Below are positions 7,153 to 16,271 of a DNA stretch of 30,041 nt, in pieces. The notes beneath the pieces are model-generated. The model was given only the letters and a program-made list of their open reading frames with translations, did no database searches and was not told the origin of the DNA. The stretch comes from Woeseia sp. Lineage in GTDB: Bacteria; Pseudomonadota; Gammaproteobacteria; Steroidobacterales; Woeseiaceae. Each line of letters begins with the position of its first letter. Position 1 is the stretch's first letter. The translations under genes and the position numbers were made by a program. The stretch is from the NCBI GenBank assembly GCA_046760025.1, contig JBHIDG010000001.1, forward strand, positions 1 to 30,041. The letters are read 5' to 3'.

Positions 7153-7816
7153 ATGCCGTCACCGGCACCATCGTAATCTCGACCCTTCGGTTTGCCTGTT
7201 TGCCCGCGGCGGAGCCGTTATCTGCCACCGGAGCCGTTTCGCCCATGCCAACAGTAATCAGGCGTTGATTGTTAATGCCCTGAGTACGCAAATACGTAGT
7301 AACCGACCCGGCACGGCGCTCCGACAGGCTCTGGTTATAGCCCTGACTGCCGTCGCTGTCAGTGTGGCCTGCGACCTCCACGACTGTCTGGTCGAACTCG
7401 GTCAGCACTTTTGACACCGAATTCAGCACATCGAAAAACGCGGGGCTCAGGTCGGAACTGTCGGTTGCGAAGGTGACGTTACCCGGCATATTGAGCGTTA
7501 TATTGTCGCCGATCCTCGTGACGCTGACGCCGGTTCCCTGTAACTCGGCCCGAAGCTTCGCTTCCTGCCGGTCCATGTAGTAACCTACGGCACCGCCAGC
7601 GAGCGCACCGATTCCTGCGCCGATCAAGGCCCGTTTGCGCCGCTCAACCGAGTCGTCTCCCGAGACGAGCCCGACGACGGCTCCCGAAACGGCTCCGATA
7701 ATGGCGCCCTTCGTGGCCTTGCTGGTCTTCGCATCCCCGGTATAGGGATCAAGCGTTTCACAGCCGCTCAAGACAAAACCAACTGCCAGCACAACAGCAA
7801 CGAATTTGGTATTCAT
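7151..7816 (-). CDS. OmpA-family lipoprotein with glycine zipper (YiaD-like)
   Basis: Start MNTKFVAVVLAVGFVLSGC (ATG 7816, AAGG RBS, lipobox LSGC), Gly-zipper repeats, OmpA domain GHTDSDG...NQSLSERRA...NRRVEI. The longer upstream ORF extension is rejected. Confidence 0.92.
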   Translation of the reverse strand: MNTKFVAVVLAVGFVLSGCETLDPYTGDAKTSKATKGAIIGAVSGAVVGLVSGDDSVERRKRALIGAGIGALAGGAVGYYMDRQEAKLRAELQGTGVSVTRIGDNITLNMPGNVTFATDSSDLSPAFFDVLNSVSKVLTEFDQTVVEVAGHTDSDGSQGYNQSLSERRAGSVTTYLRTQGINNQRLITVGMGETAPVADNGSAAGKQANRRVEITMVPVTA

Positions 7817-7979
7817 GGCCCTTACCTTTTCTGCCCAAACGATTTTTATGCAGGCGCGTATTGTACGCCTTGGATAGCTGAACGAAGTCTTAACCGGCTG
7901 CTTCAAGTCCAAAAATGAGAAGCCGTTCTCATCGGGGCACCGTGTAAAATACCGGTCTCCTGACGGAAGAGGCGAATCC

Positions 7980-8447
7980 GTGTCCGAAACCGACCAGTGG
8001 CTCATCGATTATGGTGAGACTCACCAGCAGATCGACAACGCCGGGCTTTACTGGCTGGCGGTGCCGGTGCTTGTCGTGGGTATCGTCGGACTGTTGTGGT
8101 CGGCGCCCATACCGGAGGCCTTCGGCAATATCTCTCCGTTCTTGAACTGGGGAACTGCCTTCCTGATGGCCACAGTCGTCTACTACTTCGTAATTTCCGT
8201 GTCGCTCGCAATCGGCATGTTGCCCTTCCTGCTCGGCGTCGCCGCCATAACGTTGTGGCTCGAGGTCTCGGACTACCCCCTCGTGTGGGTTTCCGCCTTC
8301 CTGACTGCGATCGCCGTGTTCGGTCTGTGGCTCGGGCAACATGCGAACGGTGGCGCAAAAGCCGTGCTGCGGGACATTCAGCTCATGATGATCGCGCCCG
8401 TGTGGTTATTATCGAAACTCTACCGGCGGTTGGGCATACCATATTGA
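7980..8447 (+). CDS. DUF962/Mpo1-like membrane protein (divergent)
   Basis: W..YGETHQ..N...W.AVP N-terminus and LYRRLGIPY C-terminus match the family pattern; several TM segments. Confidence 0.75.
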   Translation: MSETDQWLIDYGETHQQIDNAGLYWLAVPVLVVGIVGLLWSAPIPEAFGNISPFLNWGTAFLMATVVYYFVISVSLAIGMLPFLLGVAAITLWLEVSDYPLVWVSAFLTAIAVFGLWLGQHANGGAKAVLRDIQLMMIAPVWLLSKLYRRLGIPY

Positions 8448-8498
8448 AAAATCCGTTAGAATCGATCGTCCTGTCGTTACCGCTCATGAGGAATCGCT

Positions 8499-9701
8499 GT
8501 GGCCAGCATCAAGCCGCTTGAGAGCGCCAAAACCTCGAAGGCACAGCTCGATCCGATGGATCTTTTCGACATTCGCTCCGAGCTTACAGACGAGGAACGC
8601 ATGGTTCAGGAATCCGTCGCGCGCTTCGTCGACGAGCAGGTACTTCCGATCATCCGGGACGCATTCGAGCAGCACTATTTTCCGAAAGACGTCGTACCCC
8701 GGATCGCCGAACTCGGCCTGCTCGGTAGCTCCATAAAAGGATACGGCTGTGCAGGCCTGAACAGCATCTGTTATGGCCTGATTTGCCAGGAACTCGAACG
8801 GGGCGACAGCGGTATCAGGAGCTTCGCGTCGGTTCAATCAAGCCTCGTCATGTTTCCGATTCATGCTTATGGCTCTGACGAACAAAAGGATCGCTGGCTG
8901 CCCGCGATGGCAAAGGGCGAGGCGATCGGTTGCTTCGGCCTGACTGAGTCGCAGGGCGGTTCCGATCCCGGCAACATGAAGACCCATGCGAAGCGCGATG
9001 GCGATGACTGGATATTGAACGGCTCAAAAATGTGGATCACGAACGGCAACATCGCAGATGCAGCCGTCGTGTGGGCGACGAGTCCTGAGGGCATACGTGG
9101 CTTTATCGTCGAGACCGACATGAAGGGATTCACGGCACAGGAAATCGAAAACAAGTTCTCTCTTCGCGCCTCGGTCACCTCCGCGCTGTTCCTCGACAAT
9201 GTCCGTGTGCCGGATGCAAACGTCCTTCCGGGAGTCGTCGGGCTCCGCGGCCCACTCAGCTGTCTGACGCAGGCCCGTTACGGGATAACCTGGGGTGTCA
9301 TCGGCGCAGCACAGGCCTGCCTGCAGGAAGTAATCAATTACACGCGGGACCGGGTTCTTTTCGGCAAACCACTGTCGCACAACCAGGCAATTCAGGAACG
9401 TCTGGCCGACATGGCAAGGCGCATCACGTCGGCACAACTGCTGTCGCTACGATTGGGCCGGATCAAGGATCAGGGGCGACTCAAACCCACACAGGTCTCG
9501 CTTGCAAAATGGAACAACGTGCGCGCCGCACTGGAAATTGCCCGTGACGCACGCGATATGCTCGGTGGCAGTGGTATCAGTGCCGAGTACGTGCCGATCC
9601 GACATATGCTGAACCTGGAAAGCGTCGTCACTTATGAGGGCACCGAAACAGTGCATCAGCTCGTCGTCGGCAAGGAGCTGACGGGCGTCAACGCCTTCTG
9701 A
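8499..9701 (+). CDS. gcdH: Acyl-CoA dehydrogenase, glutaryl-CoA dehydrogenase-like
   Basis: YGLICQELERGDSGIRSFASVQSSL, CFGLTESQGGSDP, NGSKMWITNG, C-terminal TYEGT with the catalytic Glu. Confidence 0.8.
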   Translation: MASIKPLESAKTSKAQLDPMDLFDIRSELTDEERMVQESVARFVDEQVLPIIRDAFEQHYFPKDVVPRIAELGLLGSSIKGYGCAGLNSICYGLICQELERGDSGIRSFASVQSSLVMFPIHAYGSDEQKDRWLPAMAKGEAIGCFGLTESQGGSDPGNMKTHAKRDGDDWILNGSKMWITNGNIADAAVVWATSPEGIRGFIVETDMKGFTAQEIENKFSLRASVTSALFLDNVRVPDANVLPGVVGLRGPLSCLTQARYGITWGVIGAAQACLQEVINYTRDRVLFGKPLSHNQAIQERLADMARRITSAQLLSLRLGRIKDQGRLKPTQVSLAKWNNVRAALEIARDARDMLGGSGISAEYVPIRHMLNLESVVTYEGTETVHQLVVGKELTGVNAF

Positions 9702-9703
9702 AC

Positions 9704-11017
9704 TTGTCTCTCCCCGATAACAGCGACGTATGGCGCATCGCCGCGCCGATGATCCTCTCGAACGTCTCCGTGCCGCTGCTCGGCATGGTCGATACCGGCG
9801 TCACCGGTCACCTCGAGGACGCCTCCTACCTGGGTGCGGTCGCGGTCGGGGCCACGATCTTCGGCTTCCTTTACATGGGCGTCAATTTCCTGCGGATGGG
9901 CACGACCGGTATCGCCGCTCAGCGATATGGGGCAAATGACTTCGACGGGCTCCGCGTTGCGCTGGGGCAGGCGCTTGTTGTCGCCCTGGGCATAGCCACC
10001 ACCCTGATTCTGCTTCAGGTTCCGATCGGTGCTCTTGCTCTTGGCCTCATCGGTCCCGAGGCAAGAATAGCGACATTCGCCGAGCAGTATTTCTCGATAC
10101 GCATATGGAGCGCCCCGGCGACGCTCGCCAGCTATGCGCTGATCGGATGGTTCCTCGGCCTGCAGAACGCCCGCGTCCCATTGATTATTGTGCTCGCCAT
10201 CAACATTACAAACATTATTCTCGACCTCATTCTGGTCATTGTCGTGGGAATGAAAGTCGACGGCGTGGCGCTTGCTTCCGTGATCGCGGAATATGTCGGG
10301 GTCGCGGTCGGGCTTTATTTTGTTGTCAGGGAACTGACACGTCATGAGGGACATTGGTCTGTTGCCAAACTGACCACACTTCGTGAATACGCGGCGTACT
10401 TTTCCGTCAGCGGCAACCTTTTCATCCGCACGATGGCGCTCGCCTTCACGTTCGCCTTCATCACGGCACAGGGTGCGCGCCTGGGCGGTTTGATTCTTGC
10501 GGCAAACGCCGTTCTCATGAATTTGCAGCACCTGCTTTCTTTCGCGCTGGACGGATTTGCGCATGCCGCAGAAGCCCTGGTCGGCAAGGCCGTCGGCGAA
10601 AAGAACAGGGCTGCGTTGAATCGTTCCGTCGTACTGGCCCTGCGATGGTCGCTGATCGTCGCCGCCGGCTTCAGTCTGTCTTATGCGATCACCGGTAAAT
10701 GGATTATCGCGATACTGACCGATCTGCCGGACGTTCGGGCGACATCGGGCCGTTATCTGCCATGGTTGATTCTTTCGCCGCTCGTCGCCGTATGGTCTTA
10801 TCTCTATGACGGCGTATTCGTCGGAGCGACGCTCGCGAAAGAGATGCGGGACATCATGCTGATCGCCGCATTTATGGTATTCATACCTGCCTGGTACGCA
10901 CTACAGTTTCTGGAGAACGACGGATTGTGGCTTGCGTTTCTGTGCTTCCTTGCAAGCCGTGGCATTGGCATGCATGTCTTCTATCGGCAACGACTCGCCG
11001 CTAGATCGCCTCTGTGA
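9704..11017 (+). CDS. dinF: MATE family efflux transporter, DinF subfamily
   Basis: IAAPMILSNVSVPLLGMVDTGVTGHL, FLRMGTTG, DGFAHAAE; about 12 TM. TTG start inferred. Confidence 0.85.
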   Translation: MSLPDNSDVWRIAAPMILSNVSVPLLGMVDTGVTGHLEDASYLGAVAVGATIFGFLYMGVNFLRMGTTGIAAQRYGANDFDGLRVALGQALVVALGIATTLILLQVPIGALALGLIGPEARIATFAEQYFSIRIWSAPATLASYALIGWFLGLQNARVPLIIVLAINITNIILDLILVIVVGMKVDGVALASVIAEYVGVAVGLYFVVRELTRHEGHWSVAKLTTLREYAAYFSVSGNLFIRTMALAFTFAFITAQGARLGGLILAANAVLMNLQHLLSFALDGFAHAAEALVGKAVGEKNRAALNRSVVLALRWSLIVAAGFSLSYAITGKWIIAILTDLPDVRATSGRYLPWLILSPLVAVWSYLYDGVFVGATLAKEMRDIMLIAAFMVFIPAWYALQFLENDGLWLAFLCFLASRGIGMHVFYRQRLAARSPL

Positions 11018-12380
11018 CAACCACCGGAGTTGCATGTTTTTCGCATTGTTCCTCTACAGTCCTTCTTGCCCAGGTATACGCAAAGAACCCGGTAGCCACG
11101 TTCGCTATCGCATAGGCCGCGAAGATCCCCGAAACGCCGAAGAGAAGATCGCCCACCAGTGCGAGGGGAATATAGATGACGGCCATGCGCGCGACGCTCA
11201 CGACCACGGCAGGCATCGGTTTGCCCATGCCGTTGAACGATGCGTTCATGACCATGACCATGCCATAAGCGCCATAGCTGACGGGCGCGATCCAGAGGTA
11301 CACCGCCGACACGGCGGTAACGTCCGGGTTGTCGCTGAAGAGCGAAGGCAGCCAGTTGCTCCCCATGGCCAGCAACGCCGCGATCAATAACCCGAAGCTC
11401 AGACAGAACACCGTGCAGAGCCTCAGTGCGAGAAAAATTCGCTCCGCCTTTCCTGCCGACAGGTTCTGGCCGACGAACGGCCCGATGATCGACGACATCG
11501 CGTAAAACACGACGAGCGTGACGGACTCGATGCGGCTGGCGACGCCGAAGCCGGCCACCGCATCGGGTCCATACCTCGCGATCATCGCCGTGATGACACC
11601 GGTTGCTATCGGGATGATCACATTGGTTCCCGCAGCCGGCAGGCCGACGTGCAGAATATCCGACCACGAATTCCTGATCTCGGACGCATGCGGCATCTTG
11701 AAACTCAACAGGCGGTCCCGGCGGTGCATCAGAATGATCGCGCCGATGAACAGCGCGGTCCGCGACGTCAGCGCCGCCATGGCTGCACCGTTCAGCTCCA
11801 TCCTGGGAACGGGGCCTATCCCGAAAATCAGAATCGGATCGAGAATGACATTGGCGATTGCCGCCATGACCATCAGCACGCCGGGCACCCTTGTGTCCCC
11901 CGTCGCCCGCATGCTGCTCATGCCGACCATGCCGACGACCACGAACGGCACGGCAGAGTAGAATATCTTCATGTATCCCGCGATCAGCGGGATCATGTCC
12001 TCCGGTGCGCCCATCGCCCTGAACAGGGGGCCGATCGTAGCCACACCCACGGCGCAGATGGCCGCCGTAATCAGAAAGCAGAGCAGTAGGCTGTCCGTCG
12101 CGAGACGCCGCGCCCGTCGCAAATCGTGGGCGCCGATGGCGCGCGCCACGACTGACGACGTCCCGGCACCGAGACCGATCGCGACGCTGGTCGTAACCAT
12201 TAGGATCGGAAACGCAAAACTGAGCGCCGCCAGCGCCCGGTCGCCGACCTGCCCGATGAAGTAGGTATCGGCGAACATCTGCATCATCAGGGTGAAGATG
12301 CCGAAGAGCATAGGCACGGTCATATCGACCAGGTGTCTGCCTACTGGCCCTTCCGTCAGTCTGGCTGGTTTCGATTCCAT
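11001..12380 (-). CDS. MATE family efflux transporter
   Basis: Start MESKPARLTEGPVGRHL (ATG 12380), DTYFIGQVG..ALAALSF.FP, two-fold internal repeat, about 12 TM. Confidence 0.9.
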   Translation of the reverse strand: MESKPARLTEGPVGRHLVDMTVPMLFGIFTLMMQMFADTYFIGQVGDRALAALSFAFPILMVTTSVAIGLGAGTSSVVARAIGAHDLRRARRLATDSLLLCFLITAAICAVGVATIGPLFRAMGAPEDMIPLIAGYMKIFYSAVPFVVVGMVGMSSMRATGDTRVPGVLMVMAAIANVILDPILIFGIGPVPRMELNGAAMAALTSRTALFIGAIILMHRRDRLLSFKMPHASEIRNSWSDILHVGLPAAGTNVIIPIATGVITAMIARYGPDAVAGFGVASRIESVTLVVFYAMSSIIGPFVGQNLSAGKAERIFLALRLCTVFCLSFGLLIAALLAMGSNWLPSLFSDNPDVTAVSAVYLWIAPVSYGAYGMVMVMNASFNGMGKPMPAVVVSVARMAVIYIPLALVGDLLFGVSGIFAAYAIANVATGFFAYTWARRTVEEQCEKHATPVVVTEAI

Positions 12381-12437
12381 AACAGTTTGCCGCGCTAGGT
12401 TATCATCTGCAGACTCCGGTTGATCCTGGAAAGAACG

Positions 12438-12890
12438 ATGAAAATGAAATGTGAACAGATCATTCAGGCCAGCCCCGAGTTCGTCTGGGCCATGTTCGAC
12501 AACCCGGACAACCTGAAGCGCTGGCAGCCCACTCTGGCGTCCTACGATCATAAATCAGGTAACCCAGGCCAGCCGGGCGCCGTCTCGGAGCTCGTCTACG
12601 ACGAGAACGGCAGGGAGGTCACGATGACGGAAACGGTTACAGAAAGGCGGGAACCGCATTTTCTGGCCGGCATCTACGACAACGCCTGGGCGAAATCGAT
12701 CATCGTCAATCACTTCGAAGCAATCGACGAGAATACGACACGGTTCGTTTCCTATTCGAACATGCGCTTCAAGGGGTTCATGAGAATCATGTCCCTGTTC
12801 GTCGCAAAAGCGATTCGTGCCAGGGTCGAGGCCGATCTGAATCGCTTCAAGCTGCTCGTCGAGAGCGAGGCAGCCGGCAATCCGTCGTGA
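12438..12890 (+). CDS. SRPBCC/START-like (polyketide cyclase 2) family protein
   Basis: I.ASPEFVWAMFDNPDNLKRWQP N-terminal pattern and C-terminal helix DLNRFKLLVE. Confidence 0.75.
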   Translation: MKMKCEQIIQASPEFVWAMFDNPDNLKRWQPTLASYDHKSGNPGQPGAVSELVYDENGREVTMTETVTERREPHFLAGIYDNAWAKSIIVNHFEAIDENTTRFVSYSNMRFKGFMRIMSLFVAKAIRARVEADLNRFKLLVESEAAGNPS

Positions 12891-13438
12891 CCTGGAAGAA
12901 GCTCGGTTCACGCGTCGTGTATGACAACCCGTGGATCACCGTCTACGAGGACCGTGTCATCAACCCCGGCGGCGGCGAGAATCAATACGGGCACATTCAC
13001 TTCAAGAACGCGGCCGTTGCCATAATTCCCCTGGATGACAGCGCCAACACCTGGCTAGTTGGCCAGGAACGGTACACCCTTGGCGCATACTCCTGGGAGC
13101 TGCCGATGGGCGGCGCCGCAGGCGACGAGGAACCTTTAGACGCCGCCAAGCGCGAGTTGAACGAGGAGACCGGACTCAGCGCCCGAAAGTGGACGCAGAT
13201 CATGCGCCTTCATATCAGCAATTCGATAACAGACGAGGAGGGATTCGTCTTCGTCGCAGAAGATCTGACCGAGGGCGAGCCCGGGTTCGATGAAACCGAA
13301 GACCTCGAGATACGCAAGCTACCGCTCACTGAAGCCGTGGACATGGTCGGCCAGGGCGAGATCACCGACGCGATCAGCGTTTCCGCGATCCTGAAAGTCG
13401 CGGCATCGCGCCGGCGAAAAAAGGCGTCGAACCGCTGA
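12887..13438 (+). CDS. Nudix hydrolase (ADP-ribose pyrophosphatase-like)
   Basis: Nudix box G-GAAGD-E-EPLDAAK-RELNEETGL; VYDNPWI, QERY..G..SWELP.G, GEITDA. GTGA overlap with the upstream gene. Confidence 0.9.
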   Translation: MTWKKLGSRVVYDNPWITVYEDRVINPGGGENQYGHIHFKNAAVAIIPLDDSANTWLVGQERYTLGAYSWELPMGGAAGDEEPLDAAKRELNEETGLSARKWTQIMRLHISNSITDEEGFVFVAEDLTEGEPGFDETEDLEIRKLPLTEAVDMVGQGEITDAISVSAILKVAASRRRKKASNR

Positions 13439-13479
13439 GGATCTGTGGCACTCCAGATGGTCAGCGGTTCGACCCCTTT
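13420..13479. terminator. 60-nt imperfect hairpin between convergent nudix and sortase genes
   Basis: GTCGAACCGCTGA (13426..13438) pairs perfectly with TCAGCGGTTCGAC (13461..13473); extra stems AAAGG/CCTTT and ATCTG/CAGAT. Confidence 0.55.
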
Positions 13480-13503
13480 CCTTCTGACAATCGCGGCGTC
13501 TGC

Positions 13504-14094
13504 TCAATAGATCATCTGTGCCGAAACGACGTAGCGCATCGGTCCGCCTACTTCGGGCGAAGCAAACGGGTAACAGGTAACGAGGCTCAACATCGGCGAG
13601 TCGGTATCCAGAATCAGGGAGCCGCGGCGCGAGTCGACCACATCGATGCCGGTCACCCGGTACCGGTGCTTCCTGCCTTCGGTCGTCTCGATGAGCACCG
13701 CCTCACCCTTTGTCATGTATTGCAGGAACTGGAAATGGGTATCGCGATGCCCGGCGATGATGCTGTTGCCGATCTCACCGGGCAACACGCTGGCACTCAG
13801 GTGTCCGGGGGCGAAGGCGAGCGTCCGGCCCGAACCGCCTTCGAGAACGATCAGATCGATATCGCCGCCTTTTGCCGACAGCCGCGCGACCGGGTAGGTA
13901 TCGGCCCAAGGCCAGGGCGTGGCTTGATGCTCGCCTGCGCCGGCACGTCGCCACGCACGCTGCATGAGTTCTTGCGCGACCCAGGCTTTCGCGGGGATAT
14001 AGGCTCCCTGTCCGAACTGCCAGAATCCGAAACACAGCAGACAGGACATTATGATATGTCCCGGCGCAAGCCTATGGCGCAGTCGCAGCAACAA
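13504..14094 (-). CDS. Class GN (marine proteobacterial) sortase
   Basis: N-terminal TM then IPAKAWVAQ.L, PWPWADTYPVARL; catalytic H (AGHRDTHF), C (LVTCYPF), R (RYVV). Start uncertain (TTG 14094 or ATG 14049). Confidence 0.92.
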   Translation of the reverse strand: MLLRLRHRLAPGHIIMSCLLCFGFWQFGQGAYIPAKAWVAQELMQRAWRRAGAGEHQATPWPWADTYPVARLSAKGGDIDLIVLEGGSGRTLAFAPGHLSASVLPGEIGNSIIAGHRDTHFQFLQYMTKGEAVLIETTEGRKHRYRVTGIDVVDSRRGSLILDTDSPMLSLVTCYPFASPEVGGPMRYVVSAQMIY

Positions 14095-16255
14095 GAATCG
14101 AACCCTGAACGCGTGAGAGCAAAAGCAGGAGCAGTGTAGCCAGCAGGCACGCTATACCGATAAGCCGGTGTTCGGGGGCATCGGTCGCGGTTGCCGGGAA
14201 ACTGAAAATCGCCTCATGGCTTTGCCCGTAAGGCAGAAGGTTCGGAACCTGTTCCGAATCGAGACCTGCCGAGATCGGCCGGACCGGCGTCTTGTCCACG
14301 GCGACGAGGCTCGTGAACTTGCTCACGAGATGGTGGTCGAGCGCTGTCTTGACGACGGCTGCTCTGGTTTCATCCGGATCGGCGCCGCGTCGCTCGTCGT
14401 CGAGCAGTTTCTCGATCCGGGCCCGCGCCCACAGCGCGGCAATCCCCGGGCTGTCGCTCGAACGCGCAAGCGCCAGCTCGCCGCCCCAGCTTCCGCCGGC
14501 CGAATTGCCGCCGACCGAAACGAGGTCTCCGCGCCGCGGTTTCATTGCCAGCCGCGCCTTGACGACGACCGGTTCACCGGCATAGAGGTCCGGAACGGTC
14601 TCCGGATAGCTGACCGGGCCGAGCCCGTCCGGCCATTTAATGCTTATATCCGTTATCTGCGGCTGCTCCAGCCTGCGAATGAGACGCTGCATTTTCTCGT
14701 CGATTTCATGCAGCGCGCTGATATAGCTGTACGTGCCGCGCCCCGCCTCCGCCGCCTTGCGCATGAACCAGCCGTTCGGCGCCGATCCTATGCCGACGGT
14801 AAACAACCGCGCCGAGCCGAGATCGCGCTCGATGAGCCTGTAGAGTTCCTGTTCGTTTCCGACACTGCCGTCCGTGATGAAAATGACTTGCCGCAGGTGT
14901 GTCTCGCTCGTAGCTGCGGCCAGCACCCGCTCGAGCGCCGGCCGCATGTTGGTGCCGCCATTGGCCTCGAGGCCGCGGATGTAAGCCCTGGCCATTCGAA
15001 CCAGTCCCGGTGTCGCCGCGACGCTCTGTGGAGACATCGAGCTTGTTACGGAGTTGAACTGAATGATGTTGAATCGATCCACGCTCTTGAGCCCGTCGAG
15101 TGCGAGATACAGTGCCCGCTTTGCCTGTTCGATCGATGTGCCGTGCATCGAGCCCGAGGTATCGATGACGAAAATCAGCTCTCTGGGCACGATCGCCGGT
15201 TGCGCACCGGCGTCGTTCGGCGGAAGCATCATCAACAGGACGTACGGGGTTTCCCCGAGCATTTCCGAGAACAGCATTGCTCGCGGGGCTGCATCCGGGA
15301 CGGGCCGCCAGAGGAGCTCGAGATCGTGATCGAGCGGCGCCGTGCCGTTCATCAGCGTCACGACGTAGCCGTCGTCGACCGGCTTGACCTCGATCGGATG
15401 ATATCGGCTGGCCACGATCTGCAGCGGCACGCCGGCATTGATCCCGGCGTTCAGCGTGAGCTTGTGATCCTTCGACTTCGTCACGACCGGCGGCGTGATC
15501 AGGGATGCATCCGGGACGCGGGTCGTGTCCGCCGACCAGCCCGATCCTCTCCGGTCGGGCAGCGGCGCGCCGGGAATGAATCGCGGCGTCAGCGTCAACG
15601 GAAAACGGAGGCTGAACGTGCCTTCCTCGTACTTCAGGTTTTGCAGATACCCGACCTCGACCGTTACCTTCTCGCCCGGACCGATATTTGCGACCGACGT
15701 CGTGAACAGGTTGGCGCGCTGCTGTTCCACCAGGCTTGCCCTTTTACCCAGGGCTTTCGCCTCCCGGTATTCCCTCTTCGCTTGCTCCCTTGCGCGAATC
15801 TCCCCCTCGATGAATCGCTCCCCGATGCGAATACGCAGCCGATCGACGGCCGCGTCGTCGGGCAGGGGAAATACATACATACCCTCGACCCATTCGTCGC
15901 CGTCGTTCAGAAAATTCTGTCGCACCGATACGCGGGCGATGAGCCCGCTCACGCTGAGGTCGATATCGGTATTCATGCGCGTGGCGACGCGATAGCCTGA
16001 TTGCATCCGCATCAGCAGGCTGCCGCTCTGCATCTGCGCAGGCCGCAGCTCGTCGACTATGGAATCCGGTACCTCGCTGGCCAGGCCGGGCCCCGTGAAG
16101 CAGACGAGCAGCGCCAGCGCCGGCCAGCGCCACGACGCCCTGCGCTTCAGGAGTTCGCACATCCGATGACCGGTATGTCGGGCCGGCACGACCGGGTGCC
16201 AGCGCCTTGGGCGCTCGCGCCGGGATTTCCTCGTGCCTGATACCCGGTATTCCAT
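14072..16255 (-). CDS. Marine proteobacterial sortase target protein (VIT + vWA domains, C-terminal sorting signal)
   Basis: Signal-peptide-like WRWPALALLVCFTGPGLA; VIT region (EGMYVFPLPDDAAV, ASLVEQQRANLFT); vWA MIDAS DTSGS...GGT...ITDG; C-terminal FPATAT plus hydrophobic stretch. Start chosen at ATG 16255 (GGAG 8 nt upstream); ATG 16162 is an alternative. Confidence 0.9.
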   Translation of the reverse strand: MEYRVSGTRKSRRERPRRWHPVVPARHTGHRMCELLKRRASWRWPALALLVCFTGPGLASEVPDSIVDELRPAQMQSGSLLMRMQSGYRVATRMNTDIDLSVSGLIARVSVRQNFLNDGDEWVEGMYVFPLPDDAAVDRLRIRIGERFIEGEIRAREQAKREYREAKALGKRASLVEQQRANLFTTSVANIGPGEKVTVEVGYLQNLKYEEGTFSLRFPLTLTPRFIPGAPLPDRRGSGWSADTTRVPDASLITPPVVTKSKDHKLTLNAGINAGVPLQIVASRYHPIEVKPVDDGYVVTLMNGTAPLDHDLELLWRPVPDAAPRAMLFSEMLGETPYVLLMMLPPNDAGAQPAIVPRELIFVIDTSGSMHGTSIEQAKRALYLALDGLKSVDRFNIIQFNSVTSSMSPQSVAATPGLVRMARAYIRGLEANGGTNMRPALERVLAAATSETHLRQVIFITDGSVGNEQELYRLIERDLGSARLFTVGIGSAPNGWFMRKAAEAGRGTYSYISALHEIDEKMQRLIRRLEQPQITDISIKWPDGLGPVSYPETVPDLYAGEPVVVKARLAMKPRRGDLVSVGGNSAGGSWGGELALARSSDSPGIAALWARARIEKLLDDERRGADPDETRAAVVKTALDHHLVSKFTSLVAVDKTPVRPISAGLDSEQVPNLLPYGQSHEAIFSFPATATDAPEHRLIGIACLLATLLLLLLSRVQGSILVAATAP

Positions 16256-16271
16256 CTGCGCCACTCCATTG

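Noticed and set aside
7151-7816. OmpA lipoprotein as the PdsO of the sortase system
   Set aside because: It has the YiaD-type lipobox and glycine-zipper architecture and is separated from the cassette by six unrelated genes.
7915-7932. ATGAGAA-GCCG-TTCTCAT hairpin in the ompA/DUF962 divergent region
   Set aside because: A single 7-bp stem with no recognisable consensus; could be an operator but is not distinguishable from background.
7817-8005. N-terminal extensions in the ORF track (also 12381..12551, 16256..16372, 20280..20354)
   Set aside because: They overlap neighbouring genes or precede clear RBS, signal-peptide or family starts; downstream starts were used instead.
14168-16000. 610-aa plus-strand ORF, and similar long antisense ORFs (e.g. 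4385..5098, 21984..22757, 24806..25564, 27553..28536)
   Set aside because: These are antisense shadows of well-supported genes; GC-rich codon bias suppresses stops, and the translations are Arg/Pro-rich with no recognisable motifs.
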